A stretch of DNA of 64,000 bases, taken from assembly GCA_015680685.1 (NCBI GenBank), contig MNCI01002485.1:46464-110463 (forward strand), read 5' to 3'. Below are positions 51,694 through 64,000 of the stretch, piece after piece. Every line of letters begins with the position of its first letter. Within the stretch, counting starts at the first letter, position 1. The stretch is from Gnetum montanum. Lineage: Eukaryota; Plantae; Gnetophyta. The position numbers and the translations under genes are program-made. The notes beneath the pieces are model-generated. The model worked only from the letters and a program-made list of their open reading frames with translations. It made no database searches and was not told the DNA's origin.

Positions 51694-54600
51694 TTTGCTA
51701 GCAAGGAGCTTTTAGAAAAATGTCTTAAGAGATTTAACACTAAAATGTCATTTAATGCAATAAATCTAGAAATGCAAAACAATAATAGAGTCAAGGGAAA
51801 AATTGAAAATGAAAAAAAAATTGAAAATCATAGACAAATATATTTAATAACTATTAAAAAATGTTAAAACATTTAATAAAATATGAAATATGGCATCACG
51901 AAGGAATTGCTTCTTTGAATGAAGGAATAAAGCCCAAGTTGAAGAACAGTAAAAGCAAATTTGATCAAAAGAAACAAATCAACCATCCAGAAAAAAAGTG
52001 TCATAACTAGAATTAAACTAGAAATCAAATAGAACGTTGTATCAGAGGCATTAATTGATTAAAGTGAAATGTTTTTTGAAAGCTTAATGATAATGTAAAA
52101 CCACTTAGTAATTTTTTAGTATGCCTTGGACAAAACATAGAACTTAAGCACATTTCAAAAATAAAAACTCAGTTATCTAAAACATAAAGAATGGTCTTGA
52201 TAAAGTAAGCATTGCATATTAAACAAAAAGCTATTCCAAAATTGTTAAATGATGAAAAGTATAATAAATATTCAACCAAGAAAATCTATTTTTTTTTCGC
52301 TAAAATCTCGGGTCTATTTTCTTCAAGAGTTTGCCGTAACATTAAACTCTGCGACACCAAATAAAGATAGGACAAAAAATTTCTGATATTGAGTTGGATC
52401 ATTAATCTTGTTGTATTTAACCAAAGTACAAAACAAAAAGGAAAAGTTCTGAAAAATAAACAGATGATTGAGGTAAGCAAAAGAACATCACATATACACC
52501 ATATATGCCATAGTTGTCCATTGGAAAGAATCAATATGGACCTTTCTTTTTTGGATATTTTTCATAAAAAATGAGACGATAGCTGACAACAACGTCTTCA
52601 CCCAAATTAGACTAAGCAGACGAGACCTCCTTCGTCGGGAGAAACACTCATCTCCTCCTTCGTCACTACTGGTAGATGCGGTGAAATCCTAAAAAAAAAC
52701 TGAAGATGAAACAAAAAATTTCAAAGCTGGAAGAGAGAAATACAAGCATTAGGTTTTACTAGAGAAATGGATCTTAAGGCATTTGGAGAGTCTGGCAGCA
52801 GCAGAAGCATCCAATTTCCTACAAATGGCGGAGTAGGAGCGTCTGTCAATAAAAAGTATTGGACGTGGATGCGATTTGCAGGAAAAACAGGTAAGATTGG
52901 ACGCAATTTGTAGTAAAAAACAAGTAAGATTTTAATGGACAATGAATGTTATGGTTGACAGTTGAAAATCGAGACACCATTGCACGAAAAATTATAATTT
53001 ACGTGCCCAATGCGCGGATTTTACAGGTTTTTGTAGGCGTACCCGAATCCACCGTGAAAGGTTGATGAAATTTTCTTGGGAATCGCGAATCTCCGGGGCA
53101 TAGCTCCGGAGTCTTGTTCGCAACGAAATATGGTCCTCTTTGGGCACAATGATAATTGTAACGTAATTGTTTGCCCTCTATACCAAGCACATCAGTTGGG
53201 GTTGCACTCAACAGTGACAGCAAGAGTTCTCTATCATTCCCATTATCACCTCATCATCCTTGCTCCTCCTCTGCCTTCTCCATCTCAGTCAGAGTGTAAG
53301 AGAAGGTGCGGGTGGCCAAGGACATCGTTGAGAACCGGCGGTGGTCGGCTGCCAACGGTTGCTCCACCACGGGCGAGGGGCTGCCAACGTTTTATGTTTT
53401 TGGGTCTTAGCCAACACTTTTCCTTCCTGTCCCCATGAGCCATGAAGTAATTTACATAATCAACCTGCGTACCTGTTGAAGTGACAAAATATTAGTTAAA
53501 GTCAATGTTATGTTATGTTTATGTTTTGCTAAAATATTACTCTTGTTTTCCTCGGTTACTACAATCAAATTTTAGCTTTGATATAATAAAATATGCTTCT
53601 TTATAAGTTTGTATTACTAATTGAAAAACCTTTTATCCAACATTAAACGCATGAACTTTGCTTTAATCTTATAGTATATGTCAATTAATATTTTCATTAA
53701 TTATACTTAAATTATCATATTAAGGTATGAAAGCACATTTAGGAATTTCAAATAGTGTGCTTTAATTTGTAATTTCAATGATGTAAATAAGATTTGCTTG
53801 GAATTAGCGTGTACTTTAATTTCCTATTTTAAGGTGTATTTGTGCTTCAATGATGCAAAAAAGATTTGCTTTGGGAACAAAGAAAGTGTTTGACCGAAAT
53901 TTGGTAGAATAATGGTGCTTCAGATTCTTGTGGAAATAAAAGAAACTTGTTATATATTTATAGTGGTTTGAGGTTAATGTTTAGATGAGATTTGTCCCAT
54001 GTAAGATGGGCTTGTTTAATAAGTTAGCTTTCCATTTTGAGGTTGGAATTCATCTTATTCATCATGGTACCTCTTTAATTTAATAAATTAAGGTGACTTT
54101 TGATTTGTTGCTACTTGTGATATTTTCTCATACTTCTTTTCTTAGAGCACTATTCCCTCTAGTATTTCCTAGAATTTGGATAATGAAGATGAGGTGAAGC
54201 CCACCTCCCATGAATCCCAAATGGAAAAGGCCAAGGAGAATACCATAGATAAGTTTTATAAGTCCCATATGGATCCCTTTAGGGCACTAGAGCTCCCTCA
54301 TTTTATCATGCATTAGGCCATCGTGCACAAAGCTTACAAACTTTGTCTTCATGATCATCCACATTTTCACAATCTTACAATTGATTCTCCTTGTTATATG
54401 ATAATTAAGGATATCAAGCTTGTAACTCAAGCTTGTATGGTGAATTTATGCACAATTAATTTATTAACATCAGTTAATGAAAAGATATAATAGTTAAATG
54501 AATAGATGCATTTTAAATCTGTTATTAAGAACCACATATAAAGTAAACAGATACAATGATGTGTGTTGTGATACATGATATAAAGAAAGCATGTACATTA

Positions 54601-54728
54601 AAACATGAATGATTTATAAAAGAAATGTCCTAGAGAAAGCATAAACATGCTTTGCAAAGAATGTAAAGGAAATAAGTCAACATAACAAAAATATTGAAAA
54701 GTTTGTCAATTTGAAATATTAATCCATG

Positions 54729-55580
54729 TGATGAGTAGCAAGTAGACCTTACACCCAACCATACAAATGACTAAGCATTCACATGCAATCCGATGGAATT
54801 CCGTTGACTTATAGCTTTTTAAATACACTAGTCTCTAGGAAGTGAAACTAACCATTGCAATCATTGTCTTTTCAATTACACTTGTGAAATGGAAAGGTAT
54901 GGTTAAGTGCAACTGAGGCACATGATTTTTATCATTTTTACATTTTATGTTCTAAGTCAACTAAGAATAAAGAATAAAGAATGAAAGGTAATTAATTGCT
55001 AGTTTAATCTAACTAGCTAACATTTAACTAATCCTAACATAAGCATCTGTTCCCACTTGTCATACACATTTTTGAACACGTTTAATGCTACTAGGTTACC
55101 AAATGCTAAGCGTTACTGGGATTACCAAGCATCAAGTGTATGTTTGAAGTGGTCATACTTATGTGCTTAATTAATCGCTATTTAATTTATCTTAGTCTAG
55201 CTTAATTAATTACTTAATTACTTAAAACATTAAAGGAAATTCCTTAAATTATTAAATGCATAAAGGAAATACTGAATCTATTTTAAAGTGCTGAAGCTTT
55301 ATCAAAAAGCTCATCTTTATTATTGCATACACTACCATGCTCAAGTACAACAATGCTTGAATAAAGATCTGTACACTCTTTAACTCCTACTATGGGTACT
55401 TAGAAAAATATTCTAACTTCTAAATAACAAAACTACAAAAGTTTTACTATAACTATGAGAATTATTGCCATAAATGTGGCTAGTGAGTGCATATTTAGAG
55501 GGGAAATAGGGAGCCCCATCAATGGGTACACATCAATGGGTCAAACCCTACGTCGACTAGACCAACCAAATGACTCATCA
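54729..55580 (-). repeat. Athila-type 3' LTR
   Basis: TGATGAG at 54729 to CTCATCA at 55580, followed by the PPT-side TACCTC. Confidence 0.9.
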
Positions 55581-55830
55581 TACCTCAAAAACTAAATGAA
55601 AACTCCTCCTCAAGTTCTCTACAAAATTTGGGAAGGTATGGGATTATTAATACATAAAAGAAACACATCAACTACACAACAAAAAACTAAGTGCCCAAAG
55701 TATACATTTTTATAATGATTACAAAATTTTGGAGTTCAGGATGACAAAACTAAACAGTAGGACAAAACTAAACAGTAGGCCATGTACTCCATCCATAATT
55801 TCTCAGATGGCACAAAGATGTTGAAGAAGA

Positions 55831-58030
55831 TCAAATGGTCCTAGGTAGTGGAGGCTCTTGAGGCTCCAGAGGGCATTTTTCTACTTCAAATTCATGTAGT
55901 GGTTGAGGCAGTTGTGGTTGTCCAGTGGCAGCTGCAATGTCTAGTGAAAGATGAAAGACATCCAACAGTGCCTTCATCTTTTCCTCCTTTCCCCTGGGAT
56001 CATTCATGGTCCTTGCAACATCTTGAATGTGGGCTAAAGTGGAAACATCCTAGGGATAGTGCATTACCAAGAATAGCTCCTTCATGTTGACAAAACATGC
56101 AGTAAAACATTTATGTTCAACATCAAACACCTTGAGAGCATTTTGCAACTCTTGGTAGTCATTTATCCTTTTGGTTAGGTTCTCAATAGTGGATCTATGA
56201 TTAGTAAATTGTTCCTTGAGAGCCTCAAGTTTAGCATTAGTAATCTCAAGCTTTTGCTTGGTCTCCTTAAGGGTTCTACCTCATACAACAAATACAAGTT
56301 GGCCACATGCTTCTCCAACTCTGACCATGGCTATTTGGCAGTTACCATTGCTAGGTTTGCATAACGGAGATTGGCAAGCTCCATGTACTCCATCATCTCC
56401 TCGATCTGTAGCTCTTTCATGTGGATCTCTACCTTGTTGTAGTCATTGAGCCCATGAACTTTAGGCTACCAAACATCACCTCCTTTCTTGAGCTACTGGA
56501 GGACCTCTTTTACTTTTTTCTTCACCATATGGATGTGTTTTTCATTAATTTCTTTTTGCACTTAATCTGCTACTAACTGTTCTTGTAGACATTTACACAT
56601 CTTTGAGTGCAAAAACATTTGGTACAAATGTCGCAAGTGCATTTGAGGCCTTGGTAATTCTCTCAGCAATCACGTTTGCTACTGTCTCCTACCCATAGTG
56701 CTAAATTACTAAGACAATTGCCCCTTCACCCTCCTCTAGACACACCAAAAAAGTAGCAACATTCTTAGAGAATTTTAGGAATTGTTGTTATTGAGGGAAA
56801 GATACCATTACCTGTTGGGCATTAGGATTTGATCACATAGATAGCTACGATTATTGGGTAGAGAAAATTAGCCCACCTCCTTCCATCTAGCTAATGGTTC
56901 GAGTTACTTCATTGAGGTGACTCATCATTGGGTGATACACATATGGATCATCATCACTTGTTCCTACTTGCTACTCTTACTCATGCAAGAGTTGCTCTTG
57001 GATCTCGTGCATGCATTCCATGGTAGTGTTGGCCTCCAACATTGTTTTATGAGTGGGTAGTGAAGGTGGTGTTCTCTACTCCTCTTTTTAAATGATCTTG
57101 GCAGGGAAATTGTCCTTCATCATCTCTGCCAAGAAAGTAGACGAAGCATGTTAGACAACATCATTTGTGTAGCATGTTATGGCTTCCATCTTGCATAATT
57201 TTCTGATGAGAAATGGGAAGGGGAGTACCTTCCTTCCACATTCATTTTCTTTAAATCATTTCTCTATCTCAAGATAGATTAGCTATGGAAGATTGATTGG
57301 GAATCAATTGCTTAGAGCGGCACACACATGAGCAGAGAAGGTTGTGATCTTGCTTGGCCTCACCATTGGATTGAGGTAAAAGACAACAATTTTGAAGTAT
57401 GCACACTCCACCATGGTGAGTGCACAAAACTTGTTAGGATTAACTTCATAACACTGCTACATCCATTCCTTCTTAACATCAGGATCTGTCTACATGGGGA
57501 TTTTTGCAAGGTTGGCCCCAGTCTCTAGTAACCCAAGGATCTCTACAATGGCTTTTACAAAGTTGGACATTGAGATGTCCTTGATTTTAATTATTGAACT
57601 AGCTTGCTAATTTTTCTAGAAGAGATATGTCTCTCCCATGTATCACTCCCCACTAGAAGTGATTGTGGGACACATGGGAGAGTTTTAAAGCTGAGCTTTA
57701 ACTTCTGGTGGTGCAAAATCCAAAGTTTAATTCTTGAAGAACTAATTTTTGGACCTCCCTGTTCATGATCTGCCTAAGGCAAGCTTCCATCAAGGTCACC
57801 TCAAGGTTCAATCTTGGTTCAAGTGCCTCATCTTAGTGAGAGTGTTCTATTGCAATAGCTTCTTTGAGAATTTGTTGAACAAATTCCACTTCAGGCTTCT
57901 CTCGAAGAGGTCTCGTTGCATGGGTCTCAAGTTACTTGTGGACCTGTTCTTGGTCCTTTTTTGTTCTTGGCCATTTTTCCCTTGGTTGCAATGGTCCTCC
58001 TTCCTATGCATGTTTTCCCTTAGGTGCCAT
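55831..58030 (-). pseudogene. Athila extra ORF with an internal deletion near 56560
   Basis: Starts MAPKGKHA after TGCTAAT...GTAG; contains RKVLPFPFLIRKLCKM; about 0.6 kb shorter than the 39424-42220 copy. Confidence 0.8.
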
Positions 58031-60159
58031 CTACGGTCACAACATAACTAAGGATTAGCATTCACTATGTAACTTATAACATTTAAGTATTTTTCTCATT
58101 GAGCAGTTACACTTTAGGCTAAGTTTGGACCATGGTAGATTGATTATTTTATTATTATTTTGATGAATTTTAACTTAGAATGTTACTAGCGCTTGTTAGA
58201 AAGGTTTAACTCTCATAATTTGATGTTTTAATGTTGGTTTTTTTTTGTTAAACCATTGTGGAAGATAGACATTTTTGATAAATTTTTCATCAAAAACTTA
58301 AGGTTTGTAGCCCCCACAACAAAGAGCTTACCTTTAGTAGTTACAAGGTTGAAGAACAGAGTGAATCAAACAAACAATTAGAAAGATACGACTCTTGGAA
58401 GATTTTGGGCTTTCAAAAATTCAAAAAACTCCCTCCTTGTTTACGAGCAAATGTGAAAATGCTAAGTGTTGTTGCCTATTTATAGGCAAGTAAACCCCTG
58501 CATTGACAGGATCCTCGATATGGGATCTCATTTTTGTATGGGCTCCATCGATGGTACCTGTCTACAAAGTTGATGTCCAAAATGTCCACATTAAATATCT
58601 TCAAAAATACAAGGAGTTTTCTTGTGAAATTGGTGTCTATGGAGAGCTAGAAAAGTTGTGACCATGATGGAATACTTGAAGAGTGCTCATGAATGCTCCA
58701 AATTTGGAAAATTGATGAATGAAATTTATTGGAGAAGATGCCTTTAGGAGTGCACAATTAGATGCATTGATGGGGTGCACAAAAGATTTGATTACGGAAA
58801 TACCTAAGGATAAGGAACTTAACTAGTCCAACCAAGAGATATGCAAGTGGATCCTCCCATAGTAGGCTCATGTTCTTTTTGCCCTTGCATAACCTCAACT
58901 AAGAAGTCCATGGGTTCCACAGTTGATTAATGGTGATGAAAGTTAAGGACCAAATTTGGAAGAATCTACCTAAGAATTTTGACACTTCAAACTAAGACAT
59001 TGAACAAGAACATGGACAAATGGTAGTGAGATGAGTTATGGAAAGCACTGATGGATGAGTGAGAAAATGGAATGGAATTCCCAATTGTGGTCACATGAAG
59101 TCCTTTGTGGATTCTATGGTTAAATGACTTAATAAAATCCATCCTTAGTCTAGACCAAAACCAACCACTTTTAGTGACCTTGCATCACCACTTTAAGACT
59201 AGACCATCCCTTCGAGACACAAGAATGCTCTCACAAATCAATCATCATTTCTTATTAGAGAAGGAAAAAGAAGTAGGAAGGAAGAAAGGGCCTTAGTTAG
59301 AGGTGATCTTCAAGCATGGGCAACCTATTTTTCTAGTCCCATAACTAATGTTTGTAGCATGTTATTTTTTCTAAGGGGTGTGCTTTGAATTTGCATCATC
59401 ATCATCATTTTTTTTGAATTTTATGTTTTTATGGATTTTTTGGATGAAAACCACACCATGTAAAGACTTATTCAACTTCCTATTATTGGTTGACGCAAAA
59501 CAGTAAGAAATCCATGAAAAAATTTGTACACTTAAGCAAGTAGAAAGGCACAAAGAGTATTGAATCCACTTGAAGTCACACCCTTTTCAAACTATTTGAA
59601 CCTTTCCCAAGTTTGGAAACTACCAAGGTTACAAGTTTGTTAAAGTTTTATTAATGAAAAAGGGACCTCATATTTTCAAAATAAGAAAAACCATAGATTT
59701 TGTGGATGGGTGGATGATGTGGACTCACTGCCTATTCCATGAAAATGAATCTTTCTCTTAGTCATCAGTCATCAAAATTTAGAATAAGAACCTAGACATT
59801 AGCAATCAAAGAAATTAAATACAAATCACCATTAGCAAACAACTATAGCATGACTGTGTCCTATTGGCAACAAATCATTTTATTAGAAAACAAGAAGAAA
59901 AAATCATATCAAAATAAAGTAAAATATAAAAAAATTGTAAAATTTTCAAGAAAGTAAAAATGTACTAACAATGTTACAAAACAAAAAAATTTTAAAAATA
60001 AAAAAGTGTAAAAAAAAAGATATAAAAATAAAGAAAATGTAAAACGAAAAAGTAGAAAAATTGTCGAGCCACTGATATGGCTAGCATGAATGGCCATCTC
60101 CCCCATGATGGAGTTGAAAGAAGGAGATTTAAAAGATTGAATGAGGTTGTCCATTTGAT

Positions 60160-61090
60160 AAGGTGTTACTTGCACTGGCTTGCTTGAGCTCATTGAAAAG
60201 TTTTACTTGTCGCATATTGACTACTACTTTTTGTTTGGGCTTTCAAGTTTGTAGATCAACATGGTCCTAGAAGAAAAGGTTTCATAAATGATATAAGGTC
60301 CTTTCCACAATGTTTGGAAGTTAGTTCATTGAGGTATGTGTGTGGGGTTATAGTAGAGGGCCTTATCTCCAAGTTTAAATTTAACTTTCCTTATCTTAAG
60401 GTCATGACATTTTTTGTTGAATGCCTTGTGTAGTTCATTCAAGGATAAGGCCACCAATCGATTCTCATCTAGAACATTGAGATTGATCAATCTCTCTTTT
60501 TGTGCTAGGCTTAGGTCAAGATCTAAGTTGCAGATGATTGAAAGTGTACATAACTCGAATTGAATGGGAAGAGTTGGAAGTTTTCTGTACACTAGCTCAT
60601 AGGGTGAGTAGCCTATAGAAAGTTTCCATATCGAGTGGTATGCCTAGAGGACATCATTAACTTTTATGCTCCAGTCTCTCCTATATTTGCTAATTGTTCT
60701 AATTAAGATCTTAGTGATCTCCCTATTGGTGACTTTAGCTTGACCATTAGCTTGAGGGTAATAGGGTGTTGTTAGTTTATGTTTGACTCCTAAGCATTGC
60801 ATGAACTTGTGAAAGGTAGTGGCTGTAAATGAGTATCATTGTTAGAAATTAGTGCACATGGCACTGCAAACCTATTTACAATATTCTGTTGTATAAATCA
60901 AGCAACGGTGCAAGATGTATAGTTGGTGACAACTGCTATTTCTAACCATTTGGTACAATAGTCAACAACAACTCTAATGTACACCTTTCCATTTAACATG
61001 GGCATGATAGGACCCATGAAGTCTATGTTCCAAATGTTAAAGGGTTCTAGTGGTTGGATCCACTATTGAGACCCCTCTAGCGATTGGTTT
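60160..61090 (-). pseudogene. gypsy integrase fragment
   Basis: PFNIWNIDFMGPI...VDYCTKWLE...TTPYYPQANGQAKVTNREI; ORF 60326-60592. Confidence 0.9.
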
Positions 61091-61354
61091 AAGCAACACA
61101 TTGAATTATAGCAAAGTCACTAAGGATGCCATGTCGTGTTAGAATGGCATGGAGACTACATTGAATTTTCCTGAACCTAACCCCTAGAGTAGTGTCGACG
61201 GCAATGCTAAAAAGATATGCTAAACAAAACATTCAAATAATAATTGCAACGTATAAAAACAAAAATCTTCCACCATAGCAGAAATTTTATTGGGTTCCAA
61301 TTCTTAGCTAGCCATGTTGATTTAGCAGTTGAGGAAGGAAAGTCTATGTAGGTC

Positions 61355-62213
61355 TGATGAATCATGTTTTTCTAGGACCTGATATCGGATCCTCGATATT
61401 GGGTATTCGATATTGCAGCCTGGACAATGATATCAAATACACAATATCGTGGGTCATGTGTAAGCCTATAAATACCACATTCAGGCACACAGGAAAAGGG
61501 GGAGTCAGTTAATATTAGGGTAGGATCTTTTTGTCAATTTTTAATCCATTTCAATTCTTTCCTTAGTGCATGCTCACAGTGTAATGATTGTAATTGTACG
61601 AAACCTTTATTTGAGTGTGACGTACTTGGACACGCACATGATCAACAATAAAGATCGAAATTACTCCATCATTGCAGCATTCACTTAGGTTTAATTGTTT
61701 AATTGTTATTGTTATTTATCATTTTATTAATCAATATTTATTTACCATCATTTACTATTCCTATTGTTAAATGCAGAATGGGTATGACTTAATCACGAAC
61801 ATTGAAGTGTAACTACTTGGTAACCTAGTAGCATATTTAGGAGTGCTTAAGTAAGGTGTGCTTGGTAATCCTAGAAGTAGCACATGAGGTCAAAGATGCG
61901 TATGGATGATTAAGGATGGATGCTCATCACACTTAGGGAAGCTAGAATTTGTTTCCTATTACTTCTTACTCTAATCAAGATTATTTTCCATTGTCTCCAA
62001 GAGTATCCTAGTGATAGAAATCATATCATACACCTCACTCTAGACTAAACCATACATGATAAGTGAATACTAGTCCAAGTGGGAAGACAGTGAACTACGA
62101 TCAACATGTAGCTATCTAGATACCACAACTAATTTGTCTGCGGAGTTCAACCAAATCATGGGTACACGCTCATATTTGTTTGGTTGAGTGTAGGGGTACC
62201 TCGCCACTCATCA
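61355..62213 (+). repeat. 5' LTR of a sister Athila subfamily
   Basis: Same termini as the other LTRs, CCTATAAATA near 61466, and GATATC/CGATATT repeats in U3. Confidence 0.85.
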
Positions 62214-62214
62214 T

Positions 62215-62232
62215 TGGCGTCGTTGCTAGGGA
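62215..62232 (+). promoter_or_regulatory. primer-binding site, tRNA-Asp type
   Basis: TGGCGTCGTTGCTAGGGA is close to the Athila PBS TGGCGCCGTTGCCGGGGA and lies 1 nt after the LTR. Confidence 0.85.
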
Positions 62233-62346
62233 TGATGCTAGTTATTTAGATTAGTTACATCATCCAAGATCGCTATAACGAAGCCTTGACGATATACCTT
62301 TTAGAAAGAAAGTAATTGTAAGGAATTCACACACAAATTTATAACA

Positions 62347-64000
62347 ATGCCTTTCTTACAAGACTATGATAATGCAAAAACTAGTAAGGCAATTCATTGG
62401 AGAACCAAAAAATTATATGATGATGAAGATGAAGTTTGGAGTACTCAATCTTATGCAGGGGTCTCCTATGTACATAACCAAAGACAACATCGTCCCAACT
62501 CACATACTCATAACCTACCTAGTGACGATGAACACCTGCTGGCCACTAAAAGCCTAATGCATATACAAGAGGCTATTCAAATATTCCGCAGGCATCGTAA
62601 GGAAAGTCGTCTACCTAGGCTTGATTTAAAAAACTTTCCTAAGTATTTAGGAGGCTATGATTTATATCTACAACATTATTTACAAGCCTTTCATGAGGTC
62701 TATGTATGGAACAATATTGATAATGGGTGGCAAAAATTTAAGCTCTTTCCTATGACACTCATTGGCCAAGAAAAAGTATGGTAAAAGTCCTTAAGACTAA
62801 AATCAATTTGACATTGGCTAACAACGGTAGAACTCTTCAATGAAAGATATCAAACCTATGTAAGAGTTTCAGCCTTAAGGAGACAAATCCAAGAATGGAA
62901 ACAAGGGCAACATGAACCCTTGGACATGGCCTTAGAAAGATGCTATTCATTGTTAAACAATTGCCCAAGCCATGGGTTCTTTGAGAAAAGGCTAATGTAC
63001 CATATCATGAATGGGTTCTGTAATGAAACAAGGGAAACCCTAGGGATGTATTTTGGAGGTCAACTATACAAGCTACAAACCCATCAATTACAAGAGCTTA
63101 TTAAGTGGGTAGCAAAAGAAGAAGGAGAAATGGCTAAATGGGAGAATGTTGAAAGCTCTCAATGGGACCAAGATCTCGAATTAGCAAAGGTTCATGATCA
63201 TGAAGAAGAGAAATCAACTCACCTCAAGGAGGTGGAATCATCTTTGCCAATATTACAATGACTAGATGGAATTAAGGAAAAAATCAATAAGATGACAGAA
63301 TGGGTACATGAAAAATGTGGAGAATATGCCAACACTATTAGAGGTAGAACCATGATGAACGAAGAAACAAGACAAAACACCACTAGATAAAAGAAAAGAA
63401 GGGTTGAAGAGGATAAGGATAAAAACTCAACTACTAATCATACGTATCAATGTAGAATTTGCTTGTATGATCACCCCAAAGGTCAATGCCCAATATTTTC
63501 ACATTTACATGAGCATTGGAGAGGAATGTTACATCTAGAGTTCATACAACAATACCATGTTCAATCATAGTGGCAAAAATCCCAGTCGTGGAGGAGGCCA
63601 CCCTCAAACTGGTCACACCCTTCATACCATCTGAACCTAAGCACTTATCAAGTTTAGCATCCTATTTTCCAAATTGGGTCAACATCCTCTATCTCACCAT
63701 GTTTTTATCATTCTTCTAAACACTATCAACCCATATCCTCTCCGACAAGATCACCACCTTATGTGCCTTTCACTTTTTCCCACCCTCAATGTTCTCATCC
63801 TTCACCTCCTTCTACATCGCCACTAGTTATGCTAGAAGGGTTTTCATCATAGCATCAACCCACAAACGTTACTTGTGCTACTACTATCAACCACAATGGG
63901 AATCCTTCACAACATTGAAAGCGTCCTTTCTTTAGGCTTGACCAAATAAAGAGACAACATGGTTTCGAAACCACTACATCCTCCAACCTAGCACAAGTCC
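62347..64000 (+). pseudogene. Athila-type gag (Retrotrans_gag, CX2CX3HX4C knuckle, Pro-rich tail), with stops
   Basis: HYLQAFHEV...KLFPMTLIGQEKVW*...CPSHGF...GGQL; YQCRICLYDHPKGQCP at ~63445-63490. Confidence 0.88.

Larger units (their letters stand above)
54729..61090 (-). mobile_element. Athila-type element, 5' truncated within integrase
   Basis: Reverse complement is collinear with ~2740-10135: INT, spacer, extra ORF, PPT, LTR. Confidence 0.9.
61355..64000 (+). mobile_element. Athila-type element, 5' part (LTR, PBS, gag), runs off the window
   Basis: LTR TGATGA...CTCATCA, PBS, gag. Confidence 0.9.

Noticed and set aside
53076-53438. 120-aa ORF as a host gene
   Set aside because: Non-ATG start, no recognisable domain, and its length is explained by local GC richness.
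48396-53444. Exact hAT termini
   Set aside because: The TIR candidate is imperfect and no 8-bp TSD was found, so element ends are not called.

Overview
AT-rich eukaryotic DNA, almost certainly a plant intergenic or heterochromatic region, made of nested and decayed transposons. I can support no intact host gene, tRNA, rRNA or CRISPR array. Contents: (i) several Athila-type Ty3/gypsy pieces with TGATGA...TCATCA LTRs of about 0.8-0.9 kb and a tRNA-Asp-type PBS (1-10135 +, gag plus LTR 36736-38313 -, 38314-43632 -, 54729-61090 -, 61355-end +); (ii) a SIRE-like Ty1/copia element (~19610-28367 -) and a related LTR (17390-~19600 +); (iii) a Tat/Ogre-type gypsy with RT-RH-aRH-INT order (28368-~36720 -) carrying a ~13-unit, ~180-bp hairpin array; (iv) LINE remnants; (v) an intron-containing hAT transposase pseudogene flanked by CpG-rich islands. 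The most interesting system is the Athila extra ORF ('env-like'). It looks like an independent transcription unit: CATCGATG motif cluster, TATA, ~300-bp 5'UTR intron, ATG directly after the acceptor, then a ~930-aa protein with a conserved LPF-x-x-LI-x-KLC domain and a long coiled coil. Four copies occur in 64 kb. One is an LTR element reduced to LTR-PBS-extra ORF-PPT-LTR. Another is joined to a copia gag fragment. All coordinates and translations were read by eye, so boundaries marked ~ are approximate.
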